From positions 1 through 64,000 of IMG/VR virus record IMGVR_UViG_3300027969_000073: a stretch of 64,000 nt of DNA; one strand, 5' to 3'. Within the stretch, counting starts at the first letter, position 1. The number at the start of each line of letters is the position of its first letter. Under the pieces are notes generated by a model. The model was not told where the DNA came from. It searched no databases and saw only the letters and a program-made list of their open reading frames with translations. A program made the position numbers and the translations under genes. This DNA comes from a virus. Shown in pieces: positions 57,101 to 64,000 of the stretch.

Positions 57101-58382
57101 CAAAACCATTTGTAGGACTTCCGTCTAAAGTAAATTGTTGTAAGTGAAATTTAAAACTAATATTAGAACTTTCCCCTCCTAAAGTTACACCGTCAGATTG
57201 ATATTTAAACTGGTCATCACTAAACCATCCGTCACTCCATTGAGCATCACGATTGTAACGTTGACAAAATTTATCTCCATCTGTAATAGCTCCTGAATCG
57301 TAACGTACAATAGAAGTATCAAAAGTTTCTTCTAATTCTGCTAGTCGATCTTGAATAGAAAAATTAGAGGATTTTAAATTAGCAATTACTAGTGAGCTAT
57401 CTTTTTGAGTAATACTTTTAGCTGTTTTAAAAGCAAAAGATTTTAATATATATTCTGAATACTCTATAATATAAGCAGTCTCTTCATTTCCTGTAATTAG
57501 GAAATTTACTAGAGAACCTGTAATAGCTTTTGTTTCTATAAAACTTACTTTAGGAGTTCCTCTAAAGTCTTCATGAAAAATTAAAAATATATCTATTTCT
57601 GAAAAATCAGAATAGTTAGTTACATTTACATTAATGCTTAAAGCTTTTCCTGAATTAGTTCCTTTAGGCATTCCAATATATTGAGCAGACTGAGTCAGTA
57701 ATTCAGACTTAGAAGTAACATGTATTAAGTTACTTGGTGGAGATATTAAAGATTCTTTACCATCAGCTGTTCTTACTCTATAAGCTACTTGATATTCTCC
57801 TACTAATAAATTACCTCCATTAAGAATGTTATTTAATAAAGGCTGAACAAAAATAGTATCTGGATAAATATCAATTAATCCTGTAGGAGTTGTTAATAGT
57901 ACAGGTGAGCTAATATTTATAGAGCGTAAGTAGTTATTATAGTCTGTCCAATAAACTCTTTGAATTCCTGCTTGTTCGTATCTTCCTAATGCTTCTATTG
58001 GAAAGTTTTTGCTAAAGTTTAAATCAGCACTATAGTAAAGTAAATTAGGATAACTGGGTAATATTTCTCTAGTAGCTTCATCATATTGAACTTCATAAAT
58101 CCAACCGTTAGTATTAGAGTCATCTGCAACAAATAAAATAATTCTACTTCTAATTGTAGTGTATCCAATAATTTCTGGAATACCTACAGCAGTTCCCCAT
58201 TCTCCTGTTTTAGGAATTTCAAAAGATTCTACGTTACCTTGAATATTAGTAAATGCTCCCATAGATTCTCCTTTAGTAGTGGAGATTCTAATATCAACGG
58301 CATCTATATATAAATTAGGGGGAAGACTGTCGTAAGCAGCATCCATGTTCATTCCTCCGTATGTAGTAACGTGTGCTTCCAT
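54123..58382 (-). CDS. Tail stabilisation/muzzle-type protein
   Basis: 1419 aa, beta-rich; GGMNMD start, VYWTD, GYKRGETYRFGIVFY and YGPINK motifs, which I recognise as typical of crAss-like tail stabilisation proteins. Confidence 0.75.
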   Translation of the reverse strand: MEAHVTTYGGMNMDAAYDSLPPNLYIDAVDIRISTTKGESMGAFTNIQGNVESFEIPKTGEWGTAVGIPEIIGYTTIRSRIILFVADDSNTNGWIYEVQYDEATREILPSYPNLLYYSADLNFSKNFPIEALGRYEQAGIQRVYWTDYNNYLRSINISSPVLLTTPTGLIDIYPDTIFVQPLLNNILNGGNLLVGEYQVAYRVRTADGKESLISPPSNLIHVTSKSELLTQSAQYIGMPKGTNSGKALSINVNVTNYSDFSEIDIFLIFHEDFRGTPKVSFIETKAITGSLVNFLITGNEETAYIIEYSEYILKSFAFKTAKSITQKDSSLVIANLKSSNFSIQDRLAELEETFDTSIVRYDSGAITDGDKFCQRYNRDAQWSDGWFSDDQFKYQSDGVTLGGESSNISFKFHLQQFTLDGSPTNGFVNQANVPDYGPTPPPHDLDDGAGVYQNITFPNNASPFISGLLRGYKRGETYRFGIVFYNKKGESSFVEHLCDIKFPDISDQDGTTNNSGTNYFPLTTSSGTTTYGYALGVEFTLDFSTCPDFLSEVESYQIVRLERTDVDKRRITSGIIKAFADIEIGPTGSGLDFDLTQPVGGTVISGGSDIYHIYPENVIGTHFEHLHGAVDTYGSIPGDFIAYHSADISYNFDNIPELITSSNNACVLVTGAFYQPGGTYIPSVDLSGPEDLCAFAEDYRLTMRTTYNLDSLSPENIKIWANGKSKVGMYSTSEYTDNIIGPFDVGGTATYLRNYSATYNVGGSGINDPQNGPGPADPARLINKGATGIIGRIGKLLFDPIDPLQPIPASSAYDNFGPDVAASTSTPYSGANYLYTPIVDIVLPKEEVYGGYTDDVLAANTFISASPIIPVTETNPKVFGGDIFINMFTFQGTTLELNTIFYKNAGTGTPDAFGTSYSTTGAFPVESSINIDLAQGATLKTGVKYTEALNDTQNTVLRQETNNTYTQYGENLYMYAYNTVYSQENSNVVFFTKPLNFDNTSAANDIRAYLSNVKINGDKIDAWTKFGVNNYYDIDDYGPINKIVNWKDTVYFIQDRGFGAYAINRAAITSTNDGVPTQLGTGQGFGKHQYISKEHGAIHQWGIKTTDSGIYLFDGIHRKIFVFNGQGNNPLSELKGIHSFLQALPDGVFYRKENQGDNPIKGYGVTIGKDRINDEVIFTFLSTTPRVLVVIGGDTYYPGDIITSGGLYYVVTIEFIASSIPDDLKEQLDRYADLVNIISRLNATSIVYDELMQQFSSKYSATPKMWIENGDILLSANPKKGNIVYTHNIGNWGEFYGNVEEASITLVINPNADINKILRTLEFNSIVRDDLKQVDRTKTITGFRIQTQVQDSGIIPFSSGRIKRRFDKWRVKLPRDINSVSQQGRFRSTHFIVTLYFDNNINKEFIMNRLISYYDPQVL

Positions 58383-59207
58383 TTATGATGTTGCTGGATT
58401 GCTACCTTGCGCAGTAGCAGATAATACATTAATTGTTGATACCAAACCAATACCTGCTTTAGGTCTAAACTTACGCATTTCAGGTAATTGCATGTTAGCA
58501 AAGAAATTGCTGTGGTCTTGTAAACTTGGAATAGTACGTACCCAAGAATTTTTTACAGTTTCTGCTTCATCTACACCGTTCCATTGTTTAGAATGATTAA
58601 CTGCTTGAGCAAAATACCAATCTCTATCTCTTTCAATAATTTGATATTTGTCTCCTGTTAATTCATTACGTAGCCAAAGTTTAAATGCTACTTTATGTCC
58701 AACATAAAAAGAAGCTGCTGCTAACCATTGTTGTTCTGCAGGGATTGTAGGATAACCACACTCGTCTGTAGGAATAGCTTCATACGATATTGCTAAGAAT
58801 CCTTTATCAAATGAAGGAAAAACAAATCCTTGGCCTACTGTATAAGTTTCTCTAGATTCAGTTGTATAATCACGGTTGTCTTTGTGATATCTTGTATGGA
58901 AGTTATCTGTTGCCCAACGCATTGGATACATTCTTCCTTGACCGCATTCTGCTTCTTCTAAAGTATCAATACCTTCAAGATGAGCTGTTTGTTTGATTTT
59001 ATGCAAATCAAATGGCAAATCTCCTCTACCGTCACATACTTGTATGTAGCCAATTTTATCTTCCATAACTACACCTGAGTTAGTGTGAGCCATGAATTCT
59101 GCTAACCATTCTACTCCTTCTTCTTCATTAATTTCATAATTAAATCCGAAGTCACGAATAACTTTGTCAATGATAGCTTTATATGAAACGGTATTTCCTG
59201 AATGCAT
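58383..59207 (-). CDS. Tail ring/tubular protein
   Basis: 274 aa, directly upstream of the stabilisation protein; GDLPFDL and YEAIPTDECGYPTIP motifs. Confidence 0.6.
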   Translation of the reverse strand: MHSGNTVSYKAIIDKVIRDFGFNYEINEEEGVEWLAEFMAHTNSGVVMEDKIGYIQVCDGRGDLPFDLHKIKQTAHLEGIDTLEEAECGQGRMYPMRWATDNFHTRYHKDNRDYTTESRETYTVGQGFVFPSFDKGFLAISYEAIPTDECGYPTIPAEQQWLAAASFYVGHKVAFKLWLRNELTGDKYQIIERDRDWYFAQAVNHSKQWNGVDEAETVKNSWVRTIPSLQDHSNFFANMQLPEMRKFRPKAGIGLVSTINVLSATAQGSNPATS

Positions 59208-59497
59208 TATCCTAAGTTTTTAAGTATTGATTCTAATCTGTTGGCGATACCTTCAGAAGAATTATCTTTCATAGGGTCTTCTGTATGAACTGATTTATCT
59301 TCATCATATTGCCAACATCCGTCTTTGTCTTTTTTACGAGTACAAATAGTTTTAATGTAGCCTCCTTCAACTTGTTCTACTTTTACTTCTTCGTAGCTTC
59401 CGTCTTCAAACTCTTTACGAGTTGAACGAACTAACGATTCTACTTCTTTTGAAGAACCTTCGTTCTCTTCTTTTCCTATACTAAACATATTATCCAT
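59207..59497 (-). CDS. Hypothetical acidic protein
   Basis: 96-aa coupled ORF. Confidence 0.7.
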   Translation of the reverse strand: MDNMFSIGKEENEGSSKEVESLVRSTRKEFEDGSYEEVKVEQVEGGYIKTICTRKKDKDGCWQYDEDKSVHTEDPMKDNSSEGIANRLESILKNLG

Positions 59498-60038
59498 AAT
59501 AAAATACTTTACGATTTGGATCCTTAACCACTTTGGCTAATAATCTTGAGTATTGTCTTGATGCTTTAAAATTATAGAAGACTTGGAACTTTACATTAGA
59601 CGAAGTCTTATCCCAAAAGTGTCTATAAAATTCTTGTTGCGAGTGATCATTTTCATGAAATATTAAAATCTTTTTTTCAATTGCAACTATCTCTTCATCA
59701 GATACTTTATATTTATCTCTCCAATATTTCCAAGTAGCTTCCCAATTAGGCTTTAAACTAAATGAGCGTCTACCATCTTTTCTGAAGAAATTTAATTTTG
59801 TACTTTTAATTCTAATTCTTCCTACTCTACCTAATTTTAATTCTAAACCTGTAGCTACAATCTGAGTGCTAAACTCATTTAGTAATTCTTTTAGAAAAGC
59901 GTTATATTTAGGTTGAGATATTACTTTTTCTTTGGCATTATTCTTATAGTGCAAGAAGAAATTTCTTTTCTTAACATCACCAGAAAGTTTTCCTTTCCCA
60001 CGTTTTAAATGCGCATTATTGCTGTGCTGGTCGTTCAT
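59490..60038 (-). CDS. IHF/HU-like basic protein
   Basis: Helix-helix followed by LKLGRVGRIRIK; position matches the IHF-like gene of crAss tail modules. Confidence 0.6.
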   Translation of the reverse strand: MNDQHSNNAHLKRGKGKLSGDVKKRNFFLHYKNNAKEKVISQPKYNAFLKELLNEFSTQIVATGLELKLGRVGRIRIKSTKLNFFRKDGRRSFSLKPNWEATWKYWRDKYKVSDEEIVAIEKKILIFHENDHSQQEFYRHFWDKTSSNVKFQVFYNFKASRQYSRLLAKVVKDPNRKVFYYG

Positions 60039-60750
60039 CTAAATTTCCTCTTGATAATCCTCTACTACCTGCCACACTATCTTGAGCATCATTTGCATCA
60101 TCATTAGAGAATGCCATTTTTTGTACAAGTTGCTGAACAATGTATGGCTTCATATATGCCCACATCCATTGATTTAGTGGATAAGGACTTGCAGGACTCC
60201 AACATGTATTACCTGTAGTACAATTAATAAAATCTCCAAGTACAGTAGGGTCTTCAAAAATACCAAGCATATTAATATATCTTAAGTTTAAGACAATTGG
60301 GTCTTTACTCATAACATACATATATCCTTGATACAAGAAAGCATAAATAGAACGTGCAGTTGTACGTCCATTTCCTACATAAGGTGCGCGTGAATAAGTG
60401 ATTATGTTAAATCGAGGCTTCATCATATCCACTGGTCCTATTGAAGTAATTCCTTTGTTAAAATTAAACTCAATAGTATTTGGGATAGGTTTTACAGTTC
60501 TAAGTATTTTACATCCTGTTGGAACAGTAATGCAGCAATTATGTGGGTCTACTAATTCTAATTCTACACAAGGTAATTCTTGGAGAATGTAAGGGTCAAT
60601 AGAACGATTTTTGTTGTATTCATTACGAATCCATAGAGATCTTTGCTCATTAATTAAATCTGTAAAGTACTCAAAAGTAAATACAGACTCAATAGAGTTG
60701 ATATTAAGAGCTTCTAAAAGCTGTGCATGTAAGTCTTCTAACTTCAACAT
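60016..60750 (-). CDS. Tail ring/structural protein
   Basis: GIFEDP...YPL motifs; start set to ATG 60750, downstream of a promoter element. Confidence 0.6.
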   Translation of the reverse strand: MLKLEDLHAQLLEALNINSIESVFTFEYFTDLINEQRSLWIRNEYNKNRSIDPYILQELPCVELELVDPHNCCITVPTGCKILRTVKPIPNTIEFNFNKGITSIGPVDMMKPRFNIITYSRAPYVGNGRTTARSIYAFLYQGYMYVMSKDPIVLNLRYINMLGIFEDPTVLGDFINCTTGNTCWSPASPYPLNQWMWAYMKPYIVQQLVQKMAFSNDDANDAQDSVAGSRGLSRGNLDERPAQQ

Positions 60751-60756
60751 AATAAG

Positions 60757-60764
60757 CAAATATA
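60757..60764 (-). promoter_or_regulatory. Bacteroidota -7 promoter element TATATTTG
   Basis: Perfect TAnnTTTG preceded by TTG. Confidence 0.55.
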
Positions 60765-60777
60765 CAATTTATTTTAA

Positions 60778-60918
60778 TTACTTACCTTGGCCACGGTAAG
60801 CTTTCTTATAATTTCTAGACTTCTTACATTTAGAAGTTTTAGTTTTAGCATGTACTCCTGGTCTAGAAACTTTTGGTGTTGCTAATTTACCAATTCCACT
60901 TTCTTTTACTTTTGCCAT
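60778..60918 (-). CDS. Small highly basic protein, not in the ORF track
   Basis: 46 aa: MAKVKESGIGKLATPKVSRPGVHAKTKTSKCKKSRNYKKAYRGQGK. Confidence 0.75.
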   Translation of the reverse strand: MAKVKESGIGKLATPKVSRPGVHAKTKTSKCKKSRNYKKAYRGQGK

Positions 60919-60923
60919 AATAC

Positions 60924-61535
60924 TTAACTTAAAAGTTGATAATATTTTTTAGTTAATTCTGTTCTATGAGATAAACCATTTGTTCCTCCGTTAATTCTTT
61001 TAGTAACTGTAAGAATAGATGCATCATCCATTTTTAAACATAATGGCCAAAGTTTATTTCTTTCAAAATAAAATAAAGCTGAAGCAAATGCATAATCAGT
61101 AGCTACTACATTAGGATTAGAGATTATTTCAGGTTTATCAAGATATTTAGAAAATGCTATATAATTATCTTTTCCAGTTAATTGTAGAGCACCTCTTCCA
61201 CGATACTTATAGCCTTCTCCTGTATTCTCAGGACCGTTACCCATTCTGTTAGCATAAACTTTGTTAGCAATTTTTTCAGGCTGTCTTTGGTAAGCCATTG
61301 CTATTACTTTTGTAGGAAAATACTTTTTAAATATTTTCATTAATCCGTCTGCAGAATAGTTTAAGTTTTCTGTAAATATACTAAAGCTTCCTGTTTCATG
61401 TGCTAATTGTCCAAAGAAATGTGCCGTTTGTTCTTTGGACAATTTGTAATAAACCATTGCTTTAGTTAAAGTTTCTTTACCAAATACTCCATCAGGAGTA
61501 GCTCCTATAATTTCTTGAAATTTTGCTAAGCTCAT
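60924..61535 (-). CDS. GH19-family endolysin with short N-terminal peptidoglycan-binding motif
   Basis: DGVFGKET; FFGQLAHETG; YRGRGALQLTGKDNY; TKRINGG. Confidence 0.92.
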   Translation of the reverse strand: MSLAKFQEIIGATPDGVFGKETLTKAMVYYKLSKEQTAHFFGQLAHETGSFSIFTENLNYSADGLMKIFKKYFPTKVIAMAYQRQPEKIANKVYANRMGNGPENTGEGYKYRGRGALQLTGKDNYIAFSKYLDKPEIISNPNVVATDYAFASALFYFERNKLWPLCLKMDDASILTVTKRINGGTNGLSHRTELTKKYYQLLS

Positions 61536-62035
61536 TATTTAAGTATTGCGACTCCCGTCATTAATAATCCATAGATTGTAAGTCCTAATCTCTGTTTCTT
61601 TAATTTCTTGATATCAAATTTTTGAGTAGTAATAATAGTATCTTTTGAGTCAATAATGTAGCGCTGTGCGAGGATTATAGTATCTTGTCGAGCAATTACA
61701 TCATCTTTAAATTTATCACGCGCGTATAGCACATGAATCATTGTATCTTGAATTTGTATAATATTAAAAGTATCTCGACTATTTCTAACTTTTTCTAATT
61801 CTTGTTCTAGGTCTAAAAGACCTGCATTTAAAGTAGCAATGATTTTTTTATCATTGTTAACTCCTATTGTTTGTTTTTCAATAATTGTTTCTTTTCCTTG
61901 TATTCTATGTTCAATAGTTTTTTGCTTAGTTACAGGATAAACTTGTTTAGGATTTTTAAGTAAAAGCAACAAAACTCCTACTCCTAAAATTAATTGAAAA
62001 ATTAATGTAATATTGTGTTTTATTTTAATATCCAT
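61535..62035 (-). CDS. Spanin-like membrane-anchored coiled-coil protein
   Basis: N-terminal TM, coiled coil and hydrophobic C-terminus; lies between holin and endolysin. Confidence 0.55.
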   Translation of the reverse strand: MDIKIKHNITLIFQLILGVGVLLLLLKNPKQVYPVTKQKTIEHRIQGKETIIEKQTIGVNNDKKIIATLNAGLLDLEQELEKVRNSRDTFNIIQIQDTMIHVLYARDKFKDDVIARQDTIILAQRYIIDSKDTIITTQKFDIKKLKKQRLGLTIYGLLMTGVAILK

Positions 62036-62103
62036 ATTAGAAAGTATAATACTAAATAAGTAGTAAATAAAAGCCAGAATAATTGTTTAAGGTTGAAGTT
62101 CAT
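62020..62103 (-). CDS. 27-aa single-TM microprotein, not in the ORF track
   Basis: MNFNLKQLFWLLFTTYLVLYFLIWILK; overlaps the holin stop and the spanin-like start. Confidence 0.5.
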   Translation of the reverse strand: MNFNLKQLFWLLFTTYLVLYFLIWILK

Positions 62104-62599
62104 CTTTAGTATTTTTAATAAATGAAGTAGTGTCTTTTATACCGCTACGGATTTTTTTAACCATAGCAAATACTTTACTTAGCATATTATTGCCAGTGAT
62201 GTCAATCCAATTTTCATTTATCGAAGATACTTCAATTAAACTAAAGATAATAAGTAAAAGGTTTGTAAATAAGGCAGTTGTTAAAATAGTAATCTTATAG
62301 GATGGGGCAAATAAATCAATTCCTTTTTGTAAAAATGGAGTTAAAAAGTAAAAATCTATAGGAAAAATAGCTCCTGCTAAAATAAAATAACCAGCTGCTT
62401 TATAGATATATCCAGTTCTAAGAACTCTTGAATTAAAAACATCTTTAAATTTGCGTCCTGTTTTTTTAGCAATACTTTTAATTGCAAATAATTTAACTAA
62501 AGTATCTATTCCCATTACTATCATTAGAATGATAACACATAATTCAATAGGAGCAAATACTCCAAAAATTCCGATTAACCAAATAATTGCTTTTTTCAT
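62087..62599 (-). CDS. Holin
   Basis: Three TM segments, IEVSSINENW motif, basic tail; upstream of the endolysin. Confidence 0.75.
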   Translation of the reverse strand: MKKAIIWLIGIFGVFAPIELCVIILMIVMGIDTLVKLFAIKSIAKKTGRKFKDVFNSRVLRTGYIYKAAGYFILAGAIFPIDFYFLTPFLQKGIDLFAPSYKITILTTALFTNLLLIIFSLIEVSSINENWIDITGNNMLSKVFAMVKKIRSGIKDTTSFIKNTKDELQP

Positions 62600-62625
62600 G
62601 AGGATAAATTTACAAAATTAATTCT

Positions 62626-62856
62626 TTATATTTCGTATTTAGTAAGTTCTACCATTGTCCATATTTTTACTTCTTTATCATTCCAATCTGTTACATAAGT
62701 AAACCCCCCAAGAGTAACTCCAAAGTTTGCTGTTGTTGTAGAAAGTAATACATCAACACTACAAGTTTTTTGTGCAATAGTATCATGTATTGTAATTACT
62801 TCTATTGTAGGGTCAATAATTTCTACATTAAATTGAGGAAATTTATAAGTTGCCAT
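62626..62856 (-). CDS. Hypothetical protein (tail-fibre associated)
   Basis: 76-aa ORF downstream of the DUF1566-like gene. Confidence 0.65.
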   Translation of the reverse strand: MATYKFPQFNVEIIDPTIEVITIHDTIAQKTCSVDVLLSTTTANFGVTLGGFTYVTDWNDKEVKIWTMVELTKYEI

Positions 62857-62862
62857 AATATC

Positions 62863-63456
62863 TTAAGTTAGTGTTGTTCCTGTTACTGTGAATGTTCTAC
62901 ATGGTATATATCTACCACCAATATCAGCTTTTGCAGTTAAATTCATCCAACTACCTGCTAATGTATGTGCTATAATATTAACTGCTGCGTATGTTGTTGA
63001 ACACCAAAATGTAATTCCTGAGTAATTAAATGGTGCATAATTCAACAATTGAGTTAATTGATAGTTGCAAATGTTCTCAAGTTCTCTTTTGTTTGTCAAT
63101 CTACAACCGCTAAATCCTCCAAAAGTACCTTGTGCTGCATCAATAGCAGCATTCCATGTTATATTTGGTAGACCTAAAGAAGTTATGTAGTAACCTAATA
63201 CAGTTGTACCATTAGAAGTACTCCAATCAATCACCCAATTATTAGCATATGTAGTGCCACCTAAAGTATCAGTGAATCTATTTGTATTTCCAAATGGATT
63301 ATTTGAAATTAATGTAAAAAAATCTGAACCTCTACCCTTTTCTAAATCACCATCATCACCAGTTCTATAAGACGTAGTTTGTCCTGTCTTCATCAACTCA
63401 GCACTAGAATAAGTTGGCGGGCTACTACTTTGTTTTATATCTATTCTTGTTGACAT
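62863..63456 (-). CDS. DUF1566/Lcl-like domain protein
   Basis: KTGQTTSY..GDDG; TWNAAI...CRLTNKREL...FWCSTT. Confidence 0.7.
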   Translation of the reverse strand: MSTRIDIKQSSSPPTYSSAELMKTGQTTSYRTGDDGDLEKGRGSDFFTLISNNPFGNTNRFTDTLGGTTYANNWVIDWSTSNGTTVLGYYITSLGLPNITWNAAIDAAQGTFGGFSGCRLTNKRELENICNYQLTQLLNYAPFNYSGITFWCSTTYAAVNIIAHTLAGSWMNLTAKADIGGRYIPCRTFTVTGTTLT

Positions 63457-63470
63457 TAGTAATTTTTATT

Positions 63471-63959
63471 TTAAGGTATGAAAGTTAATGTTCCTGCACC
63501 TGCATTAGGGAATGCATTTCCAACAACTATTGTCCCATCAAATGAGCAATATGTACCATTATCTACAAAGTTTGAAACAATCATTATAGAATTTGGATTT
63601 GCATTAGTTGGAATATTTATTAATAATGCTGTATTATTAAGTCTATTTGTTAGATAGCCATTTATGCCTAAACTATTAAAAGTAGTATAGTTAATTCTAA
63701 TTCCAATTACATCTCCTTCTGAAGTAGAAAAATTAGCTTGCCCACTAGTAGGTGCAGCAGAAAGATTTGTGACATTATATTGGAAAGCATTAAATGGACT
63801 TGAAGAAGCTCCTCCTGAAACTGTAACAGTAACATTATTTCCAACTGTAGTAGCTGTTACACCTGCACCAACAAAATTAATACTAGAAGCATCAGTAGTT
63901 AGACTTGAACTTTCATCTAGTATTGCGAGTCTTTTTTTTATGTTAATTCCTGTACTCAT
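63471..63959 (-). CDS. Putative tail fibre/structural protein
   Basis: Ser/Thr/Gly/Asn-rich and beta-forming; DE...INFVGAGVTAT...VTV motif. Confidence 0.6.
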   Translation of the reverse strand: MSTGINIKKRLAILDESSSLTTDASSINFVGAGVTATTVGNNVTVTVSGGASSSPFNAFQYNVTNLSAAPTSGQANFSTSEGDVIGIRINYTTFNSLGINGYLTNRLNNTALLINIPTNANPNSIMIVSNFVDNGTYCSFDGTIVVGNAFPNAGAGTLTFIP

Positions 63960-64000
63960 TAGTATGTCTTATTATGCTACATTAAATATGGTAATGTTAA

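Noticed and set aside
24427-60799. Short + strand ORFs inside the late genes (for example 33295..33717, 37831..38133)
   Set aside because: Antisense shadows caused by codon bias of the long - strand genes.
1-64000. Genome-wide stop-codon reassignment (TAG or TGA), as in some crAss-like phages
   Set aside because: Genes up to 3119 aa are open in the standard code, and TAG and TGA terminate genes at coupled junctions.
1-64000. CRISPR array, integrase, reverse transcriptase, terminase, portal or major capsid genes
   Set aside because: No repeat-spacer array or diagnostic motifs seen; head and packaging genes presumably lie outside the window.

Overview
AT-rich, roughly 64 kb slice of a crAss-like (Crassvirales-type) podophage genome in the standard genetic code. 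TAnnTTTG-type promoter elements point to a Bacteroidota host. The + strand (1-24.2 kb) opens with a non-coding block (long hairpin, degenerate tRNA-like element, terminator), then an array of small modular hypothetical genes. The replication/recombination module follows: PolA, free-standing HNH, SF2 helicase, DnaB, macrodomain, Sak4-like ATPase, two acidic-tailed proteins, primase, rIIA/rIIB, RusA-like resolvase, PD-(D/E)xK exonuclease, a divergent UDG, MazG-like pyrophosphatase, free-standing LAGLIDADG, dNMP kinase and a HicA-like gene. The - strand (24.2-64 kb) converges on it and carries giant virion/ejection proteins (including a 3119-aa RNA polymerase with the DFDID motif), a ferritin, GH73- and zincin-containing cargo proteins, tail genes and a lysis cassette. 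Three signals stand out. (1) The 1364-, 3119- and 1950-aa ejection proteins are almost Cys-free, except for Cys at adjoining termini in head-to-tail order, suggesting a disulfide-linked ejection chain. (2) Two cargo proteins are punctuated by many [FY]xxGGx[LMF] motifs that delimit modules. (3) A structured RNA abuts the degenerate tRNA-like element. All functional calls come from motif recognition by eye; no database searches were run.
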